A stretch of DNA of 64,000 nt, taken from positions 64,604,001 to 64,668,000 of the forward strand of contig NC_092351.1 of NCBI RefSeq assembly GCF_963676685.1. Direction: 5' to 3'. Positions 15,001-27,000 of the stretch are shown here, piece after piece. Source of the DNA: Mytilus edulis (taxonomy: Eukaryota). How positions within the stretch are numbered: position 1 is the first letter of the stretch; every line of letters starts with the position of its first letter. Position numbers and translations under genes: made by a program. A model generated the notes under the pieces. That model did not search any database. It was not told the origin of the DNA and was given only the letters and a program-made list of their open reading frames with translations.

Positions 15001-18000
15001 TCAATTACAAAAGATCGCAAAATTAAAACTAGAAAAGAAAACATCACATGCAGCGTTTTGACTACGTTATAGAGATTGATAACTACAAGAATTAAACATA
15101 ACTCAATCAAACACCGTAAGCCAATTCACCAAAACAAAGAATTTAAATGAGAAAGAACTCATTTTAAAATTACTAACTTGTTCTTGGATGTATAGCATTG
15201 ATTTACTTATGCACCTGCTGTAGTCTGGTTCATCCCAAATTCCACCACTGCTGCAGTTTCTTGAAACATAACCCACGTGTTCACCAGTGCAGGATAATGT
15301 CATTTGTTTGTTTTCTTGGGTTAAACTCCATTTAGTGTTAAATCTATCTATATTTGCTCCACACAGGTTTGCATCTTAATACACATAAAAAATAATTAAG
15401 GTACCAGTGATAATGGCCATAAATGAATTTGTATCATCATTGCCGTGCAAAGTGATATTAATAGTAGCAATACGACAACGATCATATTTAGCAATAAAGT
15501 GTAATTCATAAAAAAGTTATTTGATTAATTTATTTTTGTCATTTAGGCCTTTTTTTAGTTAGATTCGTTATAGTCTTGATGAAGACACATATGTGTAAAT
15601 GCACTTTTAGATTTTATGTTATTGTATTGACGTGTGCCTCTATCAAAGAAATAATTTGAGCATGTCAATTTTGATTAAAGCAAGGAGTTGACTTTTATGC
15701 CAAACATTTTACAATAGGCGACATCATATCACTCCTTATGTATTATATCAAATAAGGAGATGTGATATTATTGCCAATGATATCAACAGAACTATAAATG
15801 AAGTGGTTGTTAGCCATTATAGGCAATTGTACAGCCCTCAATAATAAGACGAACCAATACCGTATAGTTGGCTACATAGTCGGCTATACTGTTATATATT
15901 TTTTAAAATACTTAAACTGTTGTAAATATTCTCATAAACAAAGTCGTTGTCAACATATTCATGATATTAGTCAAATATTTTAAAAAGAAACCATTAATTA
16001 AGGATACTCATACAACTATCATGTCTATATAAAAAAGAAGATGTGGTATGATTGCCAATGAGACAACTATCCACAAAAGACCAAAATGACACAGATATTA
16101 GCAACTACATATCACCGTACGGCCTTCAATAATGAGCAAAACCCTTACCGCATAGTCATTTATAAAAGGCCCCGATATGACAATGTAAAACACTTCAAAC
16201 GAGAAAACTAACGGCCTTATTTATGTAAAAAAATGAACGAAAAACAAAAATGTAACACATAAACAAAGGACAACCACTGAATTACAGGCACCTGACTTGG
16301 GACAGGCACATACATGCATAATGTGGCGGGGTTAAACATGTTAGCGGGATCCCAAACCTCCCCCTAACCTGGGAAGATGGTATAACAGTACAACATAAGA
16401 TCGAACTATAAAAATCAGTTGAAAAAGGCTTAACTATGAACACAAAGAATTAGGAATTATGGTACCCTATTATGTTTTTTTTTAAAATTTTTTATGTTAA
16501 TTTTGTTCGGCATACCAATACTTCATTCGACATTGACGTAAACAAGAAATCTGATGAAACGACGATAATAAAGGATTAAATGGGTCTTCTTGATTGATTG
16601 TTGTCTCAAAAATATGAAAAGACTCCGAAAGATTTGAAGAAAATTAACAGAGACTATCAACAATGTATCACAAATTTTCAAAAAATTGCCCAAACCAATG
16701 ATACAAATTAAAACACATACACATAAAGCGCTACTGAAGAAAAATTATACATTTTTAAAAAGTTTGGTGGGATTCGTATTGCTCAGTCTTCAGTTTCTAT
16801 GTTGTTTTATGTTAACTATTATATGTCTGTCGATATTTGTTTTTATCAAAGCGTTGTCAGTTTATTTTTTATGTCCCTTTGGTATCTTTCGCCTTTCTTT
16901 TGGACGAACATACTATATTTAGACAAAAACAACAAAACATAAACGAGAACTATTACATTATCAGCACTAGTAACCCGAATTTAACTTGATCGGACAAAAA
17001 CGCATTAACGCTGTTTAAATGAGATTTATCGTCATTTGATAAAGATTGACAAAAATGAAAAATCATTTTTAATTTATTTCAATGCATATCAAATCATTTT
17101 AATGCCAGTCAAATAGATTCGCTTGCAGTTGTTCAATTTAATTCAAGTTGGCGGTAAGTTACGTCAAACAAATAGGCCACGTCCCCGTTAAACTATTTCA
17201 AACTGGTATTAATTCGTTTTAAACAGTGTTGAGACCCGAGCTTTTAACAGGTAAATCACTCAAGCAAAACAACATCGATGTATCTTTCGTTTATTTTTTT
17301 CAAACTTTATCGACTTATATATATATAAATGCGTGTATTCTTATTAAAGTCATATACTTATCACAATTTAAACAAATGAATGATCAATAAACGTAACATA
17401 TAAGGAATTTAAATAAAAAAATAAAATATTGATGCACGGTTTAAAAAATTTAATTCTTGTGAATCTGTTAGAAATAAAATAGTTAGATGTTTAACATATT
17501 TTTAATTTGCCCAAATGCAGTAGATCTTTATCTCACATATTCGTTTCAAAACTTGCTGAGTGCTATGAAAACTTGTGACAAGTCAGTAATGTATGGTCCA
17601 TTGCAATAGTTTAAAGAAATCTTTGAATTTGCAGAATATTTAGACTTATTACGTTATAAAGATAAGATAACGTTGTATATGTTTAGAACTGGAAATCATC
17701 GGTTACCTATAGCAACCGGTAGATAGGGTAGAATTATGAGACAGGAAAGGTACTGTGTACTTTGTGACTCTCAAGAGATGGAATAGGATCCCAGTTAGGG
17801 CAACCAGTCCGGTACCCACGAATGTAGTTCTTAAAAAAAATATATAACTTTTGTTATAAATTGTGTAGTGTTATTATTTCACTAGTTCTAGCACTGAGAT
17901 TAGACTTAGACACTTCAAAATGAATGCCTAACATGAACCAGAAGTCCCAAGGTGGCTATCAAAATTATTTATTGAACAGGACCCTATGTATTTACTATGA

Positions 18001-21000
18001 TTTTCAATGCGTTCCAATGGGGCAAATAATTGGGTCCCCGTTCCAGATAGGTTGATGTATTCACTATATTCTAAACTGCACAACTCTAACAGAAAGTAGA
18101 AGACCTTTTCTTAAACCTAACTATGTAAGCCGAGTAAATGTTTCGAAATTGGGCACTTTATTTATTTAAAAATATTGTGTTTTGAAAAATTTGTGTAAAT
18201 TAATTTGAATTATATATACATAAAAGTATGTTCTCCAGGCTGATCACCAATCTCTCATTCTTGTTGCTCGTTTTGTGCAAACTGGTCATACGCAAAATCT
18301 GTATGTTAATATTATATGTAAAAATATCTTTCTTTTTACCGTTCACTTGGTTTTATAAGAAATAAAGAATCTAAATTAAATAATGCAATTAATTTTATTT
18401 AGTTTTTCGGATTTAATTACCTTAAATTAAAGGATGCGAAAAGCTAACTTTTTCAAAGTTCAAGTTGATCAATTATTGATTTAAGTGAATAAATGAAATT
18501 TATTTTCTCGAGGAATAAATCAAATCAGGAACATATATATTGTTAGGTATACTGTTCCCAAATTGAATAGTATACAAATCCTAGTTCTTATATTATAGTA
18601 ATAATTATTCATCGGCGAAAAGGATAGTATATTTGTTGTGTTGGAAGTTTATTGTGTTGGAAGAATCGTAAAAGTGTTTTATTTTCTAAATTCTATTTAT
18701 TTACTCGGACATCGTAGAGTTTAAAATTCTTTTTTTTTACCATATTGGACTTCTTCTTCTTTGGGGGTTTTAAGGACGGCTTTCCAACTGGAAATTGCGC
18801 CCTACATGTTCCTAATGTTGTTTTTTGACAAAAAAAAAAAAAATGTACTTAATGTTTGTTTGGTTTTTTTTTTTTTTTTTTTTCTTTTGTTGTGAGTTTT
18901 AAAAGGACCTAAAGTGTGTCGCTCATTTTTTTTTAATTTTTTAAAACAGATGTTACTAACTTGCTTTTGAAATATTCGACTTAAGTTTCGATCAGTTGCC
19001 CCAGCCAGTGGTCCCGTGAGAATCGTGTATACGCACTATCTCACGGAGGTACTAACCATGGTAGTGTAGGTTAGTTGCAAACTGGAACCAGACATTGACC
19101 TGTTCTCTGTCTGATGATCAGTCAGGCAGAGGACACGCCACTGTCCAGACCCCGAAATGCAAAAAACTGTTTCATGATATACCCCCCCAAAAATGCCAAA
19201 TTGTATATATACATGTATATATATATATATAAAAAGAAAAATATGTTAACTTATTTCTATAATAAAATACTGGACTTTATATGCTTCTATATTAATATAC
19301 TAGGATGCTCAAGGATTCCAGTTTGAATTGTACTTGCTTGTTTTTCCAGTAAGTACATGCGATGTACTTGTGCTGACGCCATTGTTAAACAAGCTACATA
19401 CACGACAATCTGGTTAAATATTTTACATAATTTCATACCCTGTATATCACGACTACCATGTCAGGGGGTGACCACTGGTTGGCACCGCTAATCTACTTGT
19501 CTATATGTTGTGTCGATGACTTATCATGAATTATAATGAAAAAAGGTGTAATAAATTGAGCAGCTTAAATATGAAAATGAATGAAATGAAAATTAACTAT
19601 GTAGTGCTACGTAAGTAGTGAATTCTTAATCGAGGTCTAGTTGAAAGTTTGAAGATATATAGGGAAGGTAGCTATTCTGGTGTTTTGATGTAGATGAATA
19701 TAGCATGATAAAAAGTCTTTAACTATTAAAAGTATTCATTAACAAATTTAACAATTTTTATCCTGGGGCAGAAAATAAATTCTCCCTAATATAGGTAGAC
19801 CCCTATTTTTTTTTTATTTGAATTATATGTAAAAGGTAAAACAAAATACAGCATTTGATTTTAGTTCAGATAAAACCTAATAAAATCTAAAAAAAATAAA
19901 AAAATTGTTACGTATTGTTGACATAATGTAGTCTTTTGGTACTCAACACATATTCATAAATGGGTGCAAAATTATAACCTTTTAGTAGATTTTTAAGTGA
20001 AAAATCAGTAACGTTTGATTTTTTTAGTTTTTCAAATAAAATTTTTCTTTCTAAATTGAATAATTTACAATTTAACATATAATGCTCTACACTTTCGATC
20101 TGGTTACAGTTTATACATAGATTAGAGGTTACTACTCCAATTTTATTCAGGTGCTTATTTAGCCCAATATATCCTGTTCTTAATTTGAAGAGTAGTACTT
20201 CTTTCTCTCTTGTTAATTTTGGAATAATAATTTGAAAATTTACTTTATCAATAATTTTAAATAATGACCTATCTTTGTTTGTCTCCCAATCTTGTTGCCA
20301 TGAATTTTTCAGAAAATTTTTACAGACAGTTTTAATATCTTCTTTAAAGAGAGGTATAATATCTATACAGTTGTCTAAATTAAGTGCGTTTTTTGCTTGT
20401 AAATCTGCACTTTCGTTGCCCATTACTCCAACATGACTTGGTATCCATTCAAATATAATTTCTGATCCCCCCTTTTTAAGTGAATTCAAAATTAAATGAA
20501 TATCGTATAAAATTTGATTCTTTACTTTAAAAATAGGAGCTCTGATGGCTTGAAGAGCTGACAGAGAATCTACAAAAATTACAGTTTTAATAGGTCTAAA
20601 ATCTTCTAGCCATAAAAGACTTACAAATATTGCCATTAATTCTGACATAAAAATAGAAATGTAGTTTGGTAGTTTAAAACCTTTTTTAATTTTAAGTTCT
20701 GGAACAACATATGCACAACTTGTATTACCATGTGGGTCTTTAGATCCATCTGTAAATATTTGCAAATGTTTTGAATATTCTGAGTCAATTAATATTTCGG
20801 CTTCACTTTTAATCAAATGTGGTAGATCCTTTTTACTTATTTTATCATGAAGTTGCGTTTTAACCAGTGATTTTTCAATATGCCATGGTGGACATGGACA
20901 TTCTGAATAATTATAAATACATTCTGTAGAAAAATTATTTTGAGCAAGGAAATCTCTTGCAGTTATTGAAAAAGGTTTTCGTTTAACGTTTTTTGAGTAA

Positions 21001-24000
21001 TAATCAAAAATAAAAGTGTCATTAACAGCGGCTTTTGCCGGGTGTAAGTTATCAAAACTAGTCATATTTAAAAAAGCTTTTGCTATTAGACTTTGTCTTC
21101 TTATTTCTAAAGGTGGATCTCCCATTTCGACTTGCAAAGCTTTCAAGGAAGCTGATCTCATTGAACCGGTACATATACGTAATGCCTGATTTTGAATTTT
21201 GTCTAGACATTTTTTATTGCTAAAAGAAGCTGAATTATAAATTTCACATCCATAATCAAGTTTTGATCTAATCAAAGAAATATAAATAGTTCTAAGAGTA
21301 TTACTGGTTGCGCCCCATCTTGTTCCTGTAAGTACTCTCATACAGTTAATAACTTTTAGACATTTTGTTTGTAAATTTTGGATATGGTTATGCCAAGTTA
21401 AATTTCTGTCAAAAATTAATCCTAAAAATTTAATTTCTTTAACTATTTCTAATGTGTGATTACCAAGTTGTAAAGATATATTTATATTGTTTCTTCTTGT
21501 AAATATCATAGCAACAGTTTTACTTGGCGAGATTTTAAAGCCCCATGTAGAGCACCATTTACAAATATTATCCAAGTCTAGTTGGATTTTTTTCTGTAAG
21601 AACTTAATACATGAACCTGATTTCCATATAGCACCGTCATCTGCAAATTGTGAAATCTCACAGTTTTGTAAACATGTTGATAAATCATTAACCATAATAT
21701 TAAATAAAGTGGGACTTATACAACTCCCTTGTGGGGTACCATTTTCAACAAAATAAGTTTCTGAAAAAGTATTATTTATTTTAACTTGTAGAGTTCTTGA
21801 TGTTAAATAATTATTGACATAAGCTAGTAAATTTCCTTTAATACCAAAATTAACCATTTTCTTTAATAATCCGTGTTTCCATAGCATATCAAAAGCCTTT
21901 TGAAAATCTATGAAAACGCCAACAGTAATATATTTCTTAGCAAAAGTTTTATGTATTTCGTTATCGAGTCTAATGCATTGCTGCAACGTATTTTTATTTT
22001 TTCGAAATCCACTTTGGTTTGGATTATATAAATTATTTTTTTCTAAAAACCATCTTAATCGGTTATTTACCATCTTTTCCATAATTTTATTAAAATTAGA
22101 GGTCAAAGCTATAGGCCTATAAGACAAAGGATCACTTGAATCTTTTCCTTGTTTTAAACATGGGATGACCACAGAATGCTTCCAGTCTTTAGGAATCTCC
22201 TGTAAAAACCATATTTTATTTAAAAATAGCAAAAAAATGTTTAAAGTTTTGTCGCTCAAATGTCTGAACATAATATAACTTGTTTTATCTTTACCAGGTG
22301 AACTATCGTTTGTATCTGAAATTGCATCTTTAAATTCCTGTAAAGTGAATTTTTCGTTAAAACAATCTTGATTTTCTTTATAATATTTAAGAAACGTGTT
22401 AATTTCCTGCTCTTCAACAGTAGATTTATGTTTTTTAAATTCATTATCATAGTTGTTAGAACTACTAACTTCTACAAATTTTTTAGCAAAATAGTTTGCT
22501 TTATCAATAGTATTAGTTAAAAAGTGACCACATGCTCTAAGAGCTGGTATCTCTTTTTTGCTGCTTATTTTGCCAAGCATTTTTTTAATATTATACCATA
22601 AATCTGAAATGTTGGAATTGTCATTCAATGTGTTACAATAATTTTTCCAATATATATCTTGTGTATCCTGTAAAACTTTTTGACTAATTTTGTTTTTTTC
22701 CTTATAAATAATAAAGTCATGCCCCTTTCCTGTATGTCTAGCTTTGTTTCTAGCCTTATTTCTTTCCTTTATCGCTTTGGTGCATTGGTCAGACCACCAT
22801 GGCACACAAGGTTTCGTTTTATTTCTAAATTTTTTAATGGGAATAAACTGAGTTGCAATATCAATAAGCTCAGTAGTTAATCTAGTATTAGAATTTTCAA
22901 TATTATCAGAAATATAATTATCTGAAATTCTCTCATTACAAGCTTTGGAAAAATTCTTCCAATCAGCTTTCTTAAAATTCCATTTAAAACTATTGTTTTC
23001 TTCACTATTGATAACTTTGATATCTATTTTAAGTGATATAGAAAAGTGATCACTATTAAAAGTACTATTTTGGTCAACTGACCACTGAATTCTGTGAGCT
23101 AAATTCAAACTACAAAATGATAAATCAATACATGAAGTTTTAAGGTTAGTAGGATTCAGGCGCGTGCCTAATCCTTCATTTAATAAACAAATATTATTAT
23201 ATAAAATGGAATTTGCCAATTCTCTACCTTTTGTGTCTATTCTTTCACTACCCCATAAATTGTGGTGAGCATTAAAATCTCCACATAAAATAAATTCAGT
23301 ATCAAATTGATTTATTAAAGTATCATAATCTGTCTGAACTGTATCAGATTGAGGATCGTATATATTGACAATCAATAAACGTTTCTTATTATAAATAATG
23401 TTAATAGCTGAAATCTCTAATTTACTGATTAACGATACCTTAGTAAAGTTAATACCATTTTTACAATAAATAGCCGTCCCCCCTCTTTTTGTACCTCTCG
23501 TGGAGAAGGCAGCTAACATATATCCTTGTATATCTATAAAATCGGACTCATTTGAACAAAAAGTTTCTTGTAAACAAATAATGTCAGGCCTATGTTTAAC
23601 AGACCCTAAGTGCCATAAAAATTCTGGTGCATGGGCTTTAAGACCCTGGCAATTCCAGTGCAGTACTGTAAAATGTGCTGCCATGACTAATATTAGGTTT
23701 AAATACAAATATAATATATACATTATTAAAAGAGATATTCTGTACAATTTACCCTGTAAAACAAATATTTGCTTATATAAGTTCAGTAAATCGTTTTGTA
23801 AGATTTTGTGGTTGTATTTCAAACCCAAAAACCTTTTTAACTAAATCTGTAATATAAATAAATTGGGCATTTTCTTCCTTAATAGCAGGTAGTTTCTTAA
23901 GTAATAAGGCTATAAATACTAAAAGATCTTCTATCTCTGTGTGTTCTTTGGGAAGGGGAGATTTTGTTTTAGGACGGTGAACTATATCTTGTTTTTTAAT

Positions 24001-27000
24001 TTCATGCTTTACTTCTGTCCGTGCTTCCTTATAACTGCACTTCTCTTTAGCGACCTTTGTTATGATTTTGATATTTTCAATCCTCTTGGGACAGTCTTTA
24101 TTTGAGGCGGGGTGTTCCCCATTACAATTAATACATTTGGGGGGTTTATCACAATTTGGTGTTGTATGTGCACCACCACAACGGACACATATTTCTTTAT
24201 TAGAACATTCGTTCTGCATGTGACCGTAGCCTTGGCATTTAAAACATTGTATAGGTTTTTTAACAAAAATTTTGACCTTATATGATGTAAAGCCCAGATT
24301 GACTCTTTCCGGTAGTTCCGGAGTATTAAAATATAATTTTAAAGTGGCAGAACGTACCTTCTGTTTCTTTACTTTATCGTAGAAGAACATTTCTTCTACC
24401 TTGATAACATTATATGCCTCTAGGGCTTCTTTAACCTGATCAATACTTATATCTGATGGGGTTCTATAAATACACCCCACAGAAGTGGACATAATTTTGG
24501 GAATATTAACTCTGATTTCCCACTCACCTAATTTGTTGAGCTTTTTTAACTCATTAAATTGATTTACATCAAAACACTCTACAAATAAATTGCCTGTTTT
24601 AGTTTTATTTAAAGTTTTAATTATACCAACTGTTTTGTTAAACAGTTTTTGTATTAAAATAGGGTTTTTAAGACCCAGTTTTATTTCTGTATCAACACAT
24701 GTAACAACAGCGAAAAACTTCTTCGCTTTGCTAACAGTTTTTTTCACTTCTAGTCTCCTTCTAGTAGGAGCTTTCTTAATAGTGCTTTGTACACTTTCAC
24801 TATAAGTTTTTAAACCAGGAGAGATATTAATCTTCCTTTTCTTATGGCGCTGGGTTTGCCAATCATGGGCTGCTTCGTATTCAGACGTACTGACTTCACT
24901 GTCAGTACCTGACCTAACACTAATAGAATCAAAATTCTTATGTGGGGTATCAACATGAGTATCTTGTAAATTATGCACGTACTCTTCAAGGGGATCTACC
25001 TCATATCCAGTCCCTGTAAAATGTTGACTGTCATCCATTGCAAAAGCAATGGTGACTTTCAAAATATCTACTTAATAAATTAAACTAAATTAAATGTACT
25101 AGACTCCTGTAAAAGTAGAATCCTAAGTAAATGTAAATATAAAGTACGAATATCAAATACAGTATAAACAATATAAACAAAAATTGTGCTCAAACATAGA
25201 CAAAGTGCGACGTGTGTGAAAACCATTGGACTCACTACCAACGTTTTTCATATTGGACTTCATATTGTGTATTGATTTGAAACAAGAACGCGGACCTCGA
25301 TGAGAACACCTGGATTGAAAGTTTGCAAATATTCCGACCAATGAAATTCATTTTACTATGTAACGCGAACTTCAACGAAAGCACCTAGATGAAATATTGT
25401 GTATTGAATTGAAACATGAACGCGGACCTCGATGAGAACACCTGGATTGAAAGTTTGCAAACGTTTCAACCAATGAAATTCATTTTGATATGTAACGCGA
25501 ACTTCAACGAAAGCATCTAGACGAAATATTTTATGTATACGACAATCAGTTTTTATCAAGACATTACCGCTCAAATATAGTTAATAAAAATTATATCAGA
25601 GCAACAATGCAAAATTGTTTCTTTTCTATTCTTGTTTATTTTAATAATGTTTATGTTGATTTTAATTTGGTAGGTAGACTTAAATTAAATGCCCTAAACG
25701 TAAATATACGGGTTTTTTCTAAAAATCATTAGACGTAAGATAATGTCGACTTAGAGCAAGTCAAGGTCGTAAAACTTAAATCAACCAACCCATCGTTATC
25801 GCAGACTAAAATTTATCTCATATAAACAGAATATATGTTCATAGCAAGACTTTGTGTACGTCACGGTGCATGACAGCACACTAATCCCTGTACAAAATCG
25901 GAACCACAATTCACAATTTCGTATTGTGCTGCTTTTCCAAAATTTACGCCTGTTTCGCGTCAGTGACCGATATTACAATTTGACACAGTTTTAAAAGTTT
26001 ATTGAGCTGTTCCTTCATTTACAATGTTGTGCAAGACTTAACTGTTTATTAAATTCAACAAATGTCAGCAGTATCTTCATTAATTTTATTATTTAACACA
26101 ACATTGTTTTTATTACAAGCTATTTCATATAGTCCGGCCGATCGGTGAAAAAATTGCTCAAATAATGAGGAAAGCACCAATTTTTGCATGATGGTACATT
26201 TTTGTGTACTGAGCAATATTAGCTATGGACTAATCCTCAAAATTCAATATGGCGGCCTATTTCAAGATGGCTGCCGTACGTTCTAAAATATTTTCCAGTA
26301 TTGCACAAACCATAGTGGATTTGGTGCTGGGTGCACAAAAATCAACATATTTGAATGACTTGGTGTACTTATCAAGATTTTGTTTTGTTCTATTTTTGAA
26401 ATACAAAATGGCGGCTATTTTCAAAATGGCCGCCTTGAAAAATAAGCAAATATTCATTATTGAGAATTGACCTGAATATTAGCATTTTATTGATGTATAG
26501 TGACATTTGATATCTGTCCCAGTTCTGTCCTTTCTGATTTTGCCTTGCTTGTCATTTCATACACAAAGTAGTAGCTTTCATAAAAAGCTGCAGTAGTAGC
26601 TTACATTAAAAGCTGCACTATTTGTTGTCTTGGGTCACACATAAAAGCTGTAATTTGGGATTTATCTGCCTTAAGATATTATTCAGTGCCTATCTTATCT
26701 CTTGGTCGCAATATTTTGCAATTTGAGACATTAAACTGAATTGAGAATCAGTTAAACACATATCAGTGAAATGGCAGGAATTGAGGACAACAAGGACAAG
26801 AACATTGAAATGGCAGAAACTAAATCACTTGGTGATATTGAGAAACCCACAACTGAAGACGCTTCAACAGAGGACAGCTCAGAAATGACTATTAAACAAT
26901 TGTACCAAGAATATTTAACAGATAGAAAATCAAATGCTAAAAGAACAGTTGATATTTACCGCAATATAAAACAGAGCGAAGCGCGAATATATAAAATGTG

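Larger units (their letters stand above)
18754..25248 (-). mobile_element. Full-length I-group (Nimb-like) non-LTR retrotransposon
   Basis: Two intact ORFs, a (GAA)n tail at about 18751-18762, a 3' stem-loop, and the 13-bp TSD CATATTGGACTTC at 18741-18753 and 25249-25261 (its last 3 nt are ambiguous with the tail). Confidence 0.92.

Noticed and set aside
19111-19157. CTGATGA..GAAA on + (and GAAAC-TTAA-GTC on -) in the LINE 3'UTR as a hammerhead ribozyme
   Set aside because: No stem II or stem I closes around the core on either strand; the CTGATGA sits in an ordinary hairpin.
23685-23828. N-terminal extension of the 1306-aa ORF
   Set aside because: Low-complexity inter-ORF sequence; the APE domain starts right after the ATG at 23684.
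21487-24805. Plus-strand and nested small ORFs within the LINE
   Set aside because: Antisense or off-frame shadows of ORF1/ORF2 with no motifs.
25262-25530. CRISPR-like array
   Set aside because: Eukaryotic DNA; whole-unit tandem duplication without unique spacers.
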